This document shows positions 1-11,675 of a stretch of 64,000 bases of DNA, one piece after another. A program made the translations under genes and the position numbers. Numbering within the stretch: the stretch's first letter is position 1; the number at the start of each line of letters is the position of its first letter. The notes under the pieces were generated by a model, which saw nothing but the letters and a program-made list of their open reading frames with translations, was not told the origin of the DNA and did no database searches. The DNA is from Octopus bimaculoides (taxonomy: Eukaryota). The stretch lies in the NCBI RefSeq assembly GCF_001194135.2, contig NC_068981.1, positions 12,978,532-13,042,531 of the forward strand, given 5' to 3'.

Positions 1-89
<89 letters not shown>

Positions 90-141
90 TAGATAGATAT
101 ATAGACAGACAGACAGACAGACAGTCAGATAGATAGATAGA
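1..141. repeat. Compound microsatellite (AT)n-(AG)n-(GATA)n-(GACA)n
   Basis: Read directly from the sequence. Confidence 0.97.
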
Positions 142-1336
142 TACGTAATTATACCCGTGTGTTCGACACCAATATTTGTTTTTCTGTACCATCGCGTATA
201 CGATGTGTCTAATTATACAGATAAGGGTATGGACAAAGTTTTATATTCATCATGCAGTAATACACTACACGAACATTATCAATGTTAACTCACGTAGTCT
301 CGACGGGTCCTTTGTATATAATACATTTCTATCTCTAATTTCGACTGTACGCTTTGATTTCAGAGAGATTTAGCAGTTATTTCTTGCAGCCCTTAGAGAA
401 TTACTTTCCTGTATTAATATATTGATTAATTATATAGATCCGTTGCTATAAATCTTGAGATTCTCTTCCCCTTAGTCAGATATTGCAGCGTTTATTGTTT
501 CAGATTAAGTCTCAGACTAATAATCGTAGTGTAAAGGGAATATATTAATATATCAATTGAGGCTCCCTAATCATTTCATGCATTCTCATAATACGAATTA
601 TAATTACATTAATCAATGGTATCCGAATAATTAAATATCAAATTGCTAATACAATTACATAATATGTTGATACAACATAGTAAAAGGTTATCTCATTGAG
701 AAATGCGTTATGTTTTAACCAGCGTCGAAACCGTACATTCGAGTTAATGCTCCAATTATCTCCGATATATCACACAATAACACTTCTGTTCATTAGAAGC
801 TTAAAATGTTGATCCTAACGAAAAAATCATTAATAATATTGCTAGTGCTTGTCGAAATATCTGGAAGTAAACGGTGAAATATTCCAGAATATTAACCTTT
901 CTGATTATATCTTATGGTAACCACTCATGCATAGCATAGCAGAGCCTGCACCGAAGAGATTATCGTTTCTCCTCCGAGCAATAAGCTGAATTTGTAAATC
1001 TACAATGCCTCATCTTTACCACAATTCACATGGATCATATTAATCTACATGCAGAAGGATGCCACCTCAAGACTTCTCAAAAGATTCTAGTCAACCGACT
1101 AAAAACTTAACTATATGCACATTGATTTCTGTGGTATATTTGAATTATACTACAACAGGCATCATCGCTTTTCAATTAGATATTTGTCTGGTAAATCCAC
1201 CCATGCCCTCACACTGCAATCATTTGTCAGTCAGCTCCTCAACTGTATTAATAATGTGATGCCAATCTACGCAAACAAGGCTTTGAATACTGCAGAATTG
1301 CTTCCCAGATTAGGTTTTCTCTTATACAGGTCGCAT

Positions 1337-1740
1337 GAGTGGACGTGTGGTAAGTAGGTTGCTTACCAACCACATGGTTCCGGGTTCATTCCGACTGCGT
1401 GGCACCTTGTGCAAGGGTCTTCTACTATAGCCTCCGGCCGACCAATGTCTTGTGCGTGCATTTCGTAGATGGAAACTGAAGGAAGTCCGTCGTATACATG
1501 TAGTGATATATATGTATATGTGTGCATATGTTTGTGTGTCTGTGTTTGTCCCCCACCATCGCTTGACAACCGATGATGGTGTGTTTAAGTCCAGGTAACT
1601 TAGTGGTTCGACAAAAGACACCGATAGAATCAGTACTAGACTTACAGAAAATAAGTCCTGGGGTCGATTTGCTCGACTAAAGGCGGTGCTCCATCATGGC
1701 CGGAGTCAAATGACTGAAACAAGTAAAATAGTAAAAAAGA
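1337..1740 (+). mobile_element. tRNA-derived SINE, family A, near full length
   Basis: tRNA-like head with a B-box-like GGTTCATTCC (1383-1392), an internal TA/TG simple tract and an AGTAAAA-type tail. The 3' half (CGCTTGACAACCGATG...GACTAAAGGCGGTGCTCCA..CATGGCC..AGTCAAATGACTGAAACAAGT) recurs at 4608-4835 and, inverted, at 26176-26450. Confidence 0.88.
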
Positions 1741-2233
1741 TATCAAGAATTTGAGGCCCAAGCGGGGCACAGATATTTCAATCTTATCCAGATTCTGAGG
1801 GTTCATGATATCCTTTCATTACTAAACAATAGAAGCAATATATTTGCGCTTTATTTTTCAGTGCGGGTTATGATTTGTTACGTCAACGATTATATTTAGA
1901 TGCCAAGATTGGAACAATATAGATGTACTAATAAAGGGTTTCATATCAGAATCTATATGCTTAACTGTTAGTTTGTATTACCTTATATACTATTCAGAAG
2001 TCTATGTCATTTTGTCTAAGGAATCACAACTTAGATATTACTATTAATTATCCCGTAATAACAAACATTTCTATTGTAAGTATTTGAAGGTACAAGCATA
2101 AAGATTCAAGCACATGGGGACGCCAACACATGAGATACACATGCACATTAGAAATCCAGATTAGCATATATATGCACACATGTGTTTCTGTGTGTTTGTG
2201 TATATGTAGTTTTGCCTGTATATATATATATAT

Positions 2234-2701
2234 GCGATGCCCGTCCACTCGTGACCGAGGAAAATCATTGCTGACATTCAGGAGTATTGTGCGCTCTAGG
2301 ACTAATTTTTATTTTGCATTTGCAGCTCCGTTGGTGACTAATAAGCCCTGCTCTAGACAAGCATCCACGACTGCAAACATTGCAAACCAAGCTTTCCCCA
2401 TTCACTATATCAGCAGTGTGCTTTCGATTAGCACGCTGAAGTTCCTCATGCAGAATACGTACTCTCTCATAAGTGTCTCCCCCCTCCTTAACCTGCTTCC
2501 TCCATCTGTGGCGATGACAGGCATTGCTCTGCCAGTCAGCTTCCTCCACATCACAGGCCTTTAATGAGGACACGACACAGCCCTTAAATCTCAGCCTTGG
2601 CTTCTGCCGAGGTCTCTTTCCATCCACAAGTTCCCCATACACCTTCTGCTTTGGGATCCTGCTATCCTTCATTCTGATAAAGTTTCCAGTTGGACTGATC
2701 A

Positions 2702-2705
<4 letters not shown>
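2234..2705 (-). mobile_element. RTE-clade LINE 3' end, 5'-truncated
   Basis: The minus ORF reads MKDSRIPKQKVYGELVDGKRPRQKPRLRFKGCV...WRKQVKEG...CNVCSRGCLSRAGLISHQRSC, the typical RTE/BovB C-terminus with a terminal Cys/His finger. A short 3' UTR runs into (TA)n, and the 5' end is broken at (CT)n 2706-2738. Confidence 0.9.
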
Positions 2706-2742
<37 letters not shown>

Positions 2743-3219
2743 GTGGGTTGGGAACTCTTGATTAAACTGGTCTATGATATCGATTTCAGAAATAGTACAG
2801 CTGAACATTTACCCATAACGCAAAAGGAAAGTAGGTAAATAACCTTGACGTTTTGTTATCAGCTATAGAGACTCTTACATTTTCCGGAATGACCAATATA
2901 TTTTGTTCCTTATAAAGCGGATTGCTATGTTGTGCAACACGGCACAATGCCAAGATGATACTGATAAACAAATAATGTGACCAATAAAAAATATTTTTAG
3001 AATATATTCCTATTCAAGGAAAATCGATAGCTTTAAGCAAACTACCAGAAAGCATTTGCATGGATTTCGTTCAAAGTGAAACTATTGGATATCATGTATT
3101 TCCCTGTAATGAACAAGTGAAGCAAAATAATTCCACTACAAGTACTTATATAATGCCAGGCAGTTGTTTGAAATGAGGCCCACAAAATGTACATGGAAAC
3201 ACACACGGTTTGTTTACTC

Positions 3220-3260
<41 letters not shown>

Positions 3261-4607
3261 TTTTCTTTACACAATAAATTTTGCGATTTATGCTCAACTA
3301 ACCTCATGCAATGTTATATAACATTTCATTTCAATTTTGAAATCTAAACTTAAATCAAATCGTTTCTCTTATCTTGCTCATAAATGCATACTTGTGTTGT
3401 TTCCATTCAACTGGATAACTGAAATCTGAAGTTCAGGGAAAATACACACAGTGCTGAAAATTTTATTTTGTCCCTTGCTTTAGAGCTCTGAACGTGAACG
3501 GTTACACATCATCTAAGAAATCTCTCTTCTGTGTCGCTGTTTGCACGTTTAAAAATGACACGGTAAATGTATTCAATTACAATCATAAAACGAAACATTT
3601 AACTTGGCTTGGTTCTTCTGTCTTAATGCACACAACCATACGAATCGAAAGAATATACCTACCGAAATTATTCCGCAAATATCTACATCAGGTAACTGAC
3701 AATGAATAGTCAAATACATCAAGAAAGTAATTGCATTGGAATCTATATTAAGGCTGATGTAAACATCAGAATATCAAATATTGTGGTGAACTTCTGCAAA
3801 CAGAATGTAACTTAACAAATATAACATATGAGAGACATTGTGTGCAGTGTTCTACCGAGTTCACCTTTTTTTTTCCTCCTAAATATTAGGAGGAAACAGA
3901 AGTTTTCAAAGATTATGACTTTGGTGCAATACGATGCGTAAAGGAAAGAGGCACTACAATGATAGGGACACACTGTAAGACAATGGGGTACATCAATGTA
4001 CACGCATTAAGGGACGGCAACACATTAGATAGACACGTATATAAACATAGCTTAGCATAAACATGCATACAGATATATATNNNNNNNNNNNNNNNNNNNN
4101 NNNNNNNNNNNNNNNNNNNNNNNNNNNNNNNNNNNNNNNNNNNNNNNNNNNNNNNNNNNNNNNNNNNNNNNNNNNNNNNNNNNNNNNNNNNNNNNNNNNN
4201 NNNNNNNNNNNNNNNNNNNNNNNNNNNNNNNNNNNNNNNNNNNNNNNNNNNNNNNNNNNNNNNNNNNNNNNNNNNNNNNNNNNNNNNNNNNNNNNNNNNN
4301 NNNNNNNNNNNNNNNNNNNNNNNNNNNNNNNNNNNNNNNNNNNNNNNNNNNNNNNNNNNNNNNNNNNNNNNNNNNNNNNNNNNNNNNNNNNNNNNNNNNN
4401 NNNNNNNNNNNNNNNNNNNNNNNNNNNNNNNNNNNNNNNNNNNNNNNNNNNNNNNNNNNNNNNNNNNNNNNNNNNNNNNNNNNNNNNNNNNNNNNNNNNN
4501 NNNNNNNNNNNNNNNNNNNNNNNNNNNNNNNNNNNNNNNNNNNNNNNNNNNNNNNNNNNNNNNNNNNNNNNNNNNNNNNNNNNNNNNNNNNNNNNNNNNN
4601 NNNNNNN

Positions 4608-4835
4608 TGTATATGTGTTTCTGTGTCTGTGTTTCTCCCTCCACTATCGCTTGACAACCGATGGTGGTGTGTATACGTCCCCGTAACTTTGCGGTTCGGC
4701 AAAAAGAGACCGATAGATTCAGTACTAGGCTTCCAAAGAATAAGTCCTGGGGTCGATTTGCTCGACTAAAGGCGGTGCTCCAGCATGGCCGCAGTCAAAT
4801 GACTGAAACAAGTAAGAGAGTAAAAAGTAAAAAGA
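4608..4835 (+). mobile_element. SINE family A, 3' half (5' part lost in the gap)
   Basis: Highly similar to 1530-1740, ending ...GACTGAAACAAGTAAGAGAGTAAAAAGTAAAAAGAG. Confidence 0.9.
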
Positions 4836-6516
4836 GATATATATATACACATATAAATACACACACACATATATGCACACACACACATTTGCGCGTGTTC
4901 ACTTCTCACCCACACAGTACTTTATTTGTACTTATTTCGTCGCACCTGTTACTTACAGAAAAAAAAAAACACCTCTCACAAAAAATGTTGAGCAGGAATT
5001 TTGAACCAAGATCTTCAAATAATGCAAGTACATAGTGTGAGACATTTTTATGCGACGTTGCAAATCCTCAGACCATTCAATCTCCAATATTAGAGTTCAA
5101 TATTACAAGTAATAGGAATCATTACTATGCGGGATGAAATCAATGCTTTGGAAGCAAATGTATTTTCCAGCTTCGATTCTACCTTAGTGTATTTGTATAT
5201 CTTGTTACACCTCACGTAAACAATATTGGAGGATGGTTCGATCGATATATAGTTTAGATATGCAATACACGAAATAATACAGCCTCGACCAGAGATATTC
5301 GATTATGTCATCATTGGTATAGATGTATACACATGTTTGATAAATACTGCTAACGTTAATCGATAGAAATTCGCAAGAGGTTCAAATCATTTTTTTTTAT
5401 TTTGAATTATACGGCAAATATGCAATTATCTAATTGAAGGGTTCAATGTTGTTAAATATTTTCCTATAATTGCTTAAGTTTTATATATATATNNNNNNNN
5501 NNNNNNNNNNNNNNNNNNNNNNNNNNNNNNNNNNNNNNNNNNNNNNNNNNNNNNNNNNNNNNNNNNNNNNNNNNNNNNNNNNNNNNNNNNNNNNNNNNNN
5601 NNNNNNNNNNNNNNNNNNNNNNNNNNNNNNNNNNNNNNNNNNNNNNNNNNNNNNNNNNNNNNNNNNNNNNNNNNNNNNNNNNNNNNNNNNNNNNNNNNNN
5701 NNNNNNNNNNNNNNNNNNNNNNNNNNNNNNNNNNNNNNNNNNNNNNNNNNNNNNNNNNNNNNNNNNNNNNNNNNNNNNNNNNNNNNNNNNNNNNNNNNNN
5801 NNNNNNNNNNNNNNNNNNNNNNNNNNNNNNNNNNNNNNNNNNNNNNNNNNNNNNNNNNNNNNNNNNNNNNNNNNNNNNNNNNNNNNNNNNNNNNNNNNNN
5901 NNNNNNNNNNNNNNNNNNNNNNNNNNNNNNNNNNNNNNNNNNNNNNNNNNNNNNNNNNNNNNNNNNNNNNNNNNNNNNNNNNNNNNNNNNNNNNNNNNNN
6001 NNNNNNNNNNNNNNNNNNNNNNNNNNNNNNNNNNNNNNNNNNNNNNNNNNNNNNNNNNNNATATATATATATATATATATATATAATGAAGAAAAAAATA
6101 TGATGATTACCCCCTTATACAGAGCAACTAATTGGCGGTCTAATTGACCGTCTGAAACATAACAAAACAGAGAGAGGACAAATTTCAGAAATCAGTGTTC
6201 TTAATCTCTCCCTATATTTCATCTCATCGGAATTCGTCACGGCATACATAGATGCACTCATATATATATAATATAATAGAAAAGTATATGAACATATAAA
6301 TATATAAACCAGTATAAATTTTAAATGTTCTTGCATGAAGTCTTATAAGGTTGTATATCCATATTATAAATCAATGTGAATATTAAAAGATGCACACGAC
6401 GAATGCAAAGCGGTAATCCAAATAGATGAAATATTGGTATAAGAAGATTTTCATAAGAATCTTCAGAATGTGTGTGAGTATGCGCGCGTGTGTGAGTATG
6501 CGCGCGTGTGTGTGTA

Positions 6517-6561
<45 letters not shown>

Positions 6562-6899
6562 CTGTGTAGTATCGTAATTCTTTTAACGGAATTACATCTC
6601 ATGCTAAATGTATGTGAAGGACGTATGGCACATTTCAGATTATATAAATCAAAGCATCGATAGAGAGTAATAATTGATTGGACGTGTATCTAATGGACGG
6701 TATTACTGCCAGAATATCCATTCCTCACCAACCTAGAGTAAAATACATTTGCAAACATAAAGCATCTGATCTTAATTCCACTAACTACCAACTCATGAGA
6801 CATAGCATCGAAATATGATTTTATTTTTCAGACTCTAATGTATCATAATATATAATAATACAAACCATTTGTGAGAGCACAAAGCGTGCGACTATTAGA

Positions 6900-7410
6900 T
6901 CTCAGAAACTAATTCTCTCACACATGGGAAATAATATACTAGCTATATAAACGCAGACGTGACTGTGTAAGAAAAAGTGTGTATTGGTATGTTAGACATA
7001 TGTGTGATTTCAGAACAATGGAAAATGTGGCATGATACAACCAGAAGCTATGATAAAAAATAAAAAAAATACAATTTCGTGTGGCTATACAATTGAGACA
7101 AGAAGACCAAACATTACTAGAGAAGGCAACATAAGCATACAGTGAAAGATCATGGAGGTATTGGATTCCCCTGTGATACTAGAGTCGATACCAAAGAAAT
7201 TGAAAAAGAAAAATAAGAAAATAAGAATATAGCCAGTGGACTGAGGAAACTGACGAAATCGAAGAAACCTATAGCTCCTGTGATAATTGGTGCCATTGAC
7301 ACACCACCCAAAATGCTACCTAAGACACTGAAGGAGACTGGAACTGAAACACGCAATATCGACCTACAGAAAATCACAAAATTATTTTCTGGAAGAATCT
7401 TAAGGAAACA
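6900..7410 (+). mobile_element. Decayed C-terminus of a restriction-like-endonuclease (R4/Dong/Hero-type) non-LTR retrotransposon
   Basis: Frameshifted translation gives YKRRRDCVRKSVYW (from 6946), then TIETRRPNI, then APVIIGAIDTPPKMLPKTLKETG...DLQKITKLFSGRILRK. These match the recalled RLE motifs YKRRHDxVAxxxHW, RRPDI and VPVVIGALG...LQKxxLLGTARILRK. Confidence 0.7.
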
Positions 7411-7500
7411 TTATTTACATTAGTTACATTTGACGGATATTTGTCCTCATCTTATTATTATTATTGTTATTATTATTATTATTATTATTGTTATTATTAT

Positions 7501-7577
7501 TCAGGTAACTGCCTGGAATTGAACTCGGAATCTTGGGGCTAGTAGCCCGCGCTCTTAACCACTACAACATATGTCCG
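7501..7577 (-). pseudogene. tRNA-like / SINE-head unit followed by an (AAT)n tail
   Basis: The minus strand reads ...TGTTGTAGTGGTTAAGAGCGCGGGCTACTAGCCCCAAGATTCCGAGTTCAATTCCAGGCAGTTACCTGA-(ATA)n. It has A-box-like and B-box-like motifs and an anticodon-like loop, but the acceptor stem is not convincing. Confidence 0.65.
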
Positions 7578-7616
7578 TGAGCAATTATGGATTGAATTTT
7601 AGGGCTCATAAATCTA

Positions 7617-7662
7617 GACACCTAATGAAGGCTGGAGGGTATATCAGCCGAAAAGTTGTGTT
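7617..7662 (+). ncRNA. Minimal type-I hammerhead ribozyme motif, two core substitutions
   Basis: Stem I GACAC(7617-21)/GUGUU(7658-62); core CUaAUGA(7622-28) plus an extra A; stem II GGCUG(7630-34)/CAGCC(7645-49); GAAA(7650-53); then a(7654)-GUU, where the canonical sequence would be GAAAC-GUH. Confidence 0.65.
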
Positions 7663-7849
7663 AACAACGAACAAGATGAGGACAAATATCCGTTAAATGT
7701 AAACAACGTAAATACTGTACATAATTACTTATCTCTTAAATATAGAACTGTAATCTTAAGGAAAATTTTTGGGATTTGAGGAGACTTGTTTTCACCAAAC
7801 GTGAAGATAAAACACCTGCTAACTAAATTAGAATTAACTAGTGTAATAA

Positions 7850-8703
7850 TGATAGTGGTTTCAAATGTTAGCACAAGGCCAGCAATTTGGGGGAAAGGAG
7901 TAAGTTGATTACAATGTCTCCAGTTTCCAACTGGTGCTTATTTTGTCGACCCCATCGAAAGGGATCAAAAGTAAAGCCGGCTTCAATGGAATTTGAACCT
8001 AAAATTTAAAGGCAGAGGAAATGCCGCTAAGCATTTTGTCCGACGTGTTAACGATTCTGCCAACTCGCCGCCTTAACAAGAACAATAATACTGATTCAAA
8101 ATGTGGGCACAAGGCCAGCAATTTCGGGGAAGAATGTTGATTATATCGACCACGTTGCTCTCCTAGTATTTGTGTTATCGACCTGGAAATGGAAGATAGG
8201 CAAACTTTACCTCAGTGAATTTTGAACTCAAGACGTAAAGACGAACGAAATGCCGTTCAGCATTTTGCTCCACGTCCGAACGATTCTACGGGCTCGCGGC
8301 CTTAACAATAATAATCCCTTCTACTATAGGCACAAGGCTGGAAATTTGAGGGAAGGGGACTTGTCAATTATGTCAACCTGTAGGCTTAACTTTTACTTAT
8401 TTCATCGACCACGGAAGGATGAAAGTCAAAGTTGACCTCGGCGGATTATATGCTGCTAGGTCCGCTGCTTAAACAATAATAATAGTAATAATGGCTTTAA
8501 ATTTTGCCACAGGGGCAGCATTTTGGGAGAGAGGATGAGTCAATTAAATGGACCCCTGTGTTTAACTGGTACTTATTCTATCGAACCCCAAAAAATGAAT
8601 GGCAAAGTCAACCACTGCAGAATTTGAACGCAGAATGTAGCGACGCACGAAATACGTAAAGTATTTCGTCCGAAGCGCTAACGATTCTGCGAGATCGGGC
8701 CTT
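7850..8703 (-). mobile_element. Four head-to-tail diverged copies of short tRNA-like SINE family B (about 7850-8074, 8087-8303, 8308-8470, 8486-8703)
   Basis: Each unit on + reads ..GCACAAGGCCAGCAATTT..ATCGAC(C)..GAATTTGAAC..GAAATGCCG..AACGATTCTGC..GCC-TTAA and is followed by a short (AAT) run. Unit 3 has an internal deletion. Confidence 0.85.
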
Positions 8704-8714
8704 TATATAATAGA

Positions 8715-8786
<72 letters not shown>
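8715..8786. repeat. (AAT)n microsatellite
   Basis: Read directly from the sequence. Confidence 0.97.
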
Positions 8787-9037
8787 CATCATCATAGTAG
8801 GTGCCTTAGGTATAATAAAAAAATATTCAGACAAATACATAACAAAAACACCAGGACTTACAAACATATATAACATACAGAAAATTTCACTACTGGGTTC
8901 TGCACACATTCTACGCAAAACACTTTCAATACAGTAAACATAAGAGCACCACAGCAAACCACAGCACATACCCAAGGCACATAGAGCTGCGCTCGGTAGT
9001 GAAGTGAAAGCACGTTATAAAAATAAAACTACTGAAC
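8787..9037 (+). mobile_element. Short, well-preserved 3' end of an RLE (R4/Dong-like) LINE embedded in (AAT)n
   Basis: Uninterrupted frame IIVGALGIIKKYSDKYITKTPGLTNIYNIQKISLLGSAHILRKTLSIQ* (stop 8935-37), then about 100 nt of 3' UTR and (AAT)n at 9038-9100. Confidence 0.85.
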
Positions 9038-9099
<62 letters not shown>

Positions 9100-11254
9100 T
9101 GAACAGTATTCTTTTAGAGACAAACGATTCCTCGTGAGAAAATTCGAATATTAATAAATATTAGCACGCTTGAGCTGTAACTAGGATAAAATTATATTTG
9201 TAGAACATGGAATGAATGAAGAATCGTAGAAGAAATCTGAAGTAATGAACTTGTGGTTGCCGCTCGATTTACCAATGAAAACACATTCACTTATATTTCG
9301 AACTGGCACTGTTCACTTGAATTGTAATTCTTGAATCAGCAGGTAACTAGTTTGAATATCAAGAAAAAAGAAATTCTCGTATTTACAATATTTTGAAAGT
9401 GAGATTGGAAGAATTATTTTCTCATCAACAACTCTTCACAGCGAGCTATTGTAGATATTTGGAATAGTACAGGATATTACCGAATTCTTAATCTATCATA
9501 ATACATCATCGCTTCCAATGTCAAATGACATTTTATCTTTTCTCCCATAATACAGAAAAAGTGTATTGACATTCGCTTTAAAATTTGTCACACCTTATTA
9601 GTGAAAGAAACGCTGAAAGTAGCAAAATATAATACTTATTTATAAATATTTCTGTAAGGTAGAGATTCATAATTGCAATCTTTCGAAAGACATATGTGGA
9701 TATGTAAACGATAATTTAGACATAGAAACAATTTTTACACCCAACTTACATGGATTCCCTTCTGATAAAATCTCTCAGACACAATTCCTAACAGAAGAGA
9801 AGACTGAATAATCTGCTATTTGTATCACATATTGGATACCTCGGTTGTGATTATGCTTTTGATAATGATGACCGTTGAATGAACTGTAGAATTTGGTATT
9901 AGAGCAAATTCCCATATACCTAAACAAAAAATAAAAAAACGAAAAGCCCGTTGCGACGGCTAGCAGAACCTTAAACACTAGTTGCGCTCGACATTGTTGT
10001 ATATCCTCTGCTGCTGCGCACAATAATGACAGGCATCAACAAAAACATAGGGCAGGTTAAAACAAATATTTAAGTAATTGACATTACGCCGATACTCTGT
10101 GACACCAACAAGGCACAGATCTAAGTACAACTTCTCCAAAACCATAGATGTAATACCATAACAATTTTTCCAGTGTGCGTCAAACAAGGATCTAATTGAA
10201 AACTCTAGGTCACTTAATAACTATTCTAGAAACACTAACGTTATACACAAACTATCCTCATCCTGCAGAGAGACAGGGAGCTGAGCACAATGAAGATGTA
10301 ACCTAAGAGGCCAGGTTTGAGTGGGCTATAATGGGTTACTGACTAGAACTATGGAATTGTGATGAAACAGTAAAGTTTGTCTTAATATTAGGATCACAAC
10401 AATTCACAAGATCGTACAAATGAGTCATATCGAAAACATTAACAATACGAAAGATATTGATTGCATGTAGCGTTTAAGAATTATTTAGAACTGGATTATT
10501 TAGAAATATCCATCAAGGTTTCGGAAAAATATTACTTCCTCTTGTGACAAACACGATGACAAAAACAAAAGAGGAAGGGTCTGCTTTGTAAGATTTTACC
10601 ATTTTATTCTTTATGACATTTGTCAACGAATGATACACAAATTCGAGGTTATACATGCTACGTGCATTAAGAAAAATGAACGAAAACATTGAAGTTTTGA
10701 TATACACAGAGGGGAATAGAATGTTACGGCTGTAGCAATATGTTACAGTCACCTGTATTTCTATGTTGTTAAACACAGACATTACAGCTCCGATTAACTG
10801 TATTTAATTGGAGGGCTTTCTATATTTAACAACCCTGTTTGGCTTCAGGCATAAAAATCAAAGATGTGTATATGACACTCATTGCATTTTGCATCCTTAA
10901 ACTAGAAAATTAGTACTAAAATTGACAGGGATTTAGATAATATATCGTGTCACACGATCAAGAGGTGATTGTCTTACTGGATGCTTGTACTTATAGATTT
11001 CTCCATAAAGGTCTGCTTGTTTAGAATATGTAACACTCTATTTGCAATAATTTCGTTTCTGATACGATCAGATGAACATTGGGTAAATGTCTGTAACTAG
11101 GGTCTCATATAAAACAAAGAATGAGTCAAATTTGAAGGACTAATATATATTCATGCGTGTGTGCTTGTAAATATATATACAATGACAGGGATGAAAAATA
11201 CAGCTAGATAGACAAACGTTCAGATAAACCGGAACCGTGCTAGCTATCTCTTTA

Positions 11255-11293
<39 letters not shown>

Positions 11294-11623
11294 NNNNNNN
11301 NNNNNNNNNNNNNNNNNNNNNNNNNNNNNNNNNNNNNNNNNNNNNNNNNNNNNNNNNNNNNNNNNNNNNNNNNNNNNNNNNNNNNNNNNNNNNNNNNNNN
11401 NNNNNNNNNNNNNNNNNNNNNNNNNNNNNNNNNNNNNNNNNNNNNNNNNNNNNNNNNNNNNNNNNNNNNNNNNNNNNNNNNNNNNNNNNNNNNNNNNNNN
11501 NNNNNNNNNNNNNNNNNNNNNNNNNNNNNNNNNNNNNNNNNNNNNNNNNNNNNNNNNNNNNNNNNNNNNNNNNNNNNNNNNNNNNNNNNNNNTATATATG
11601 CATCCACCCCCCCACATATATAC

Positions 11624-11675
<52 letters not shown>

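Larger units (their letters stand above)
7414..7712. mobile_element. Composite element bounded by 40-bp inverted repeats, containing (ATT)n, a tRNA-like unit and a hammerhead motif
   Basis: 7414-7453 versus the reverse complement of 7673-7712 match at 36/40 positions. Confidence 0.8.

Noticed and set aside
9880-9985. Possible Ty3/gypsy RNase H remnant (EFGIRANSH.. / EKPVATASRTLN)
   Set aside because: Only two short motifs in different frames, and the expected downstream NYSxxEKE motif is absent.
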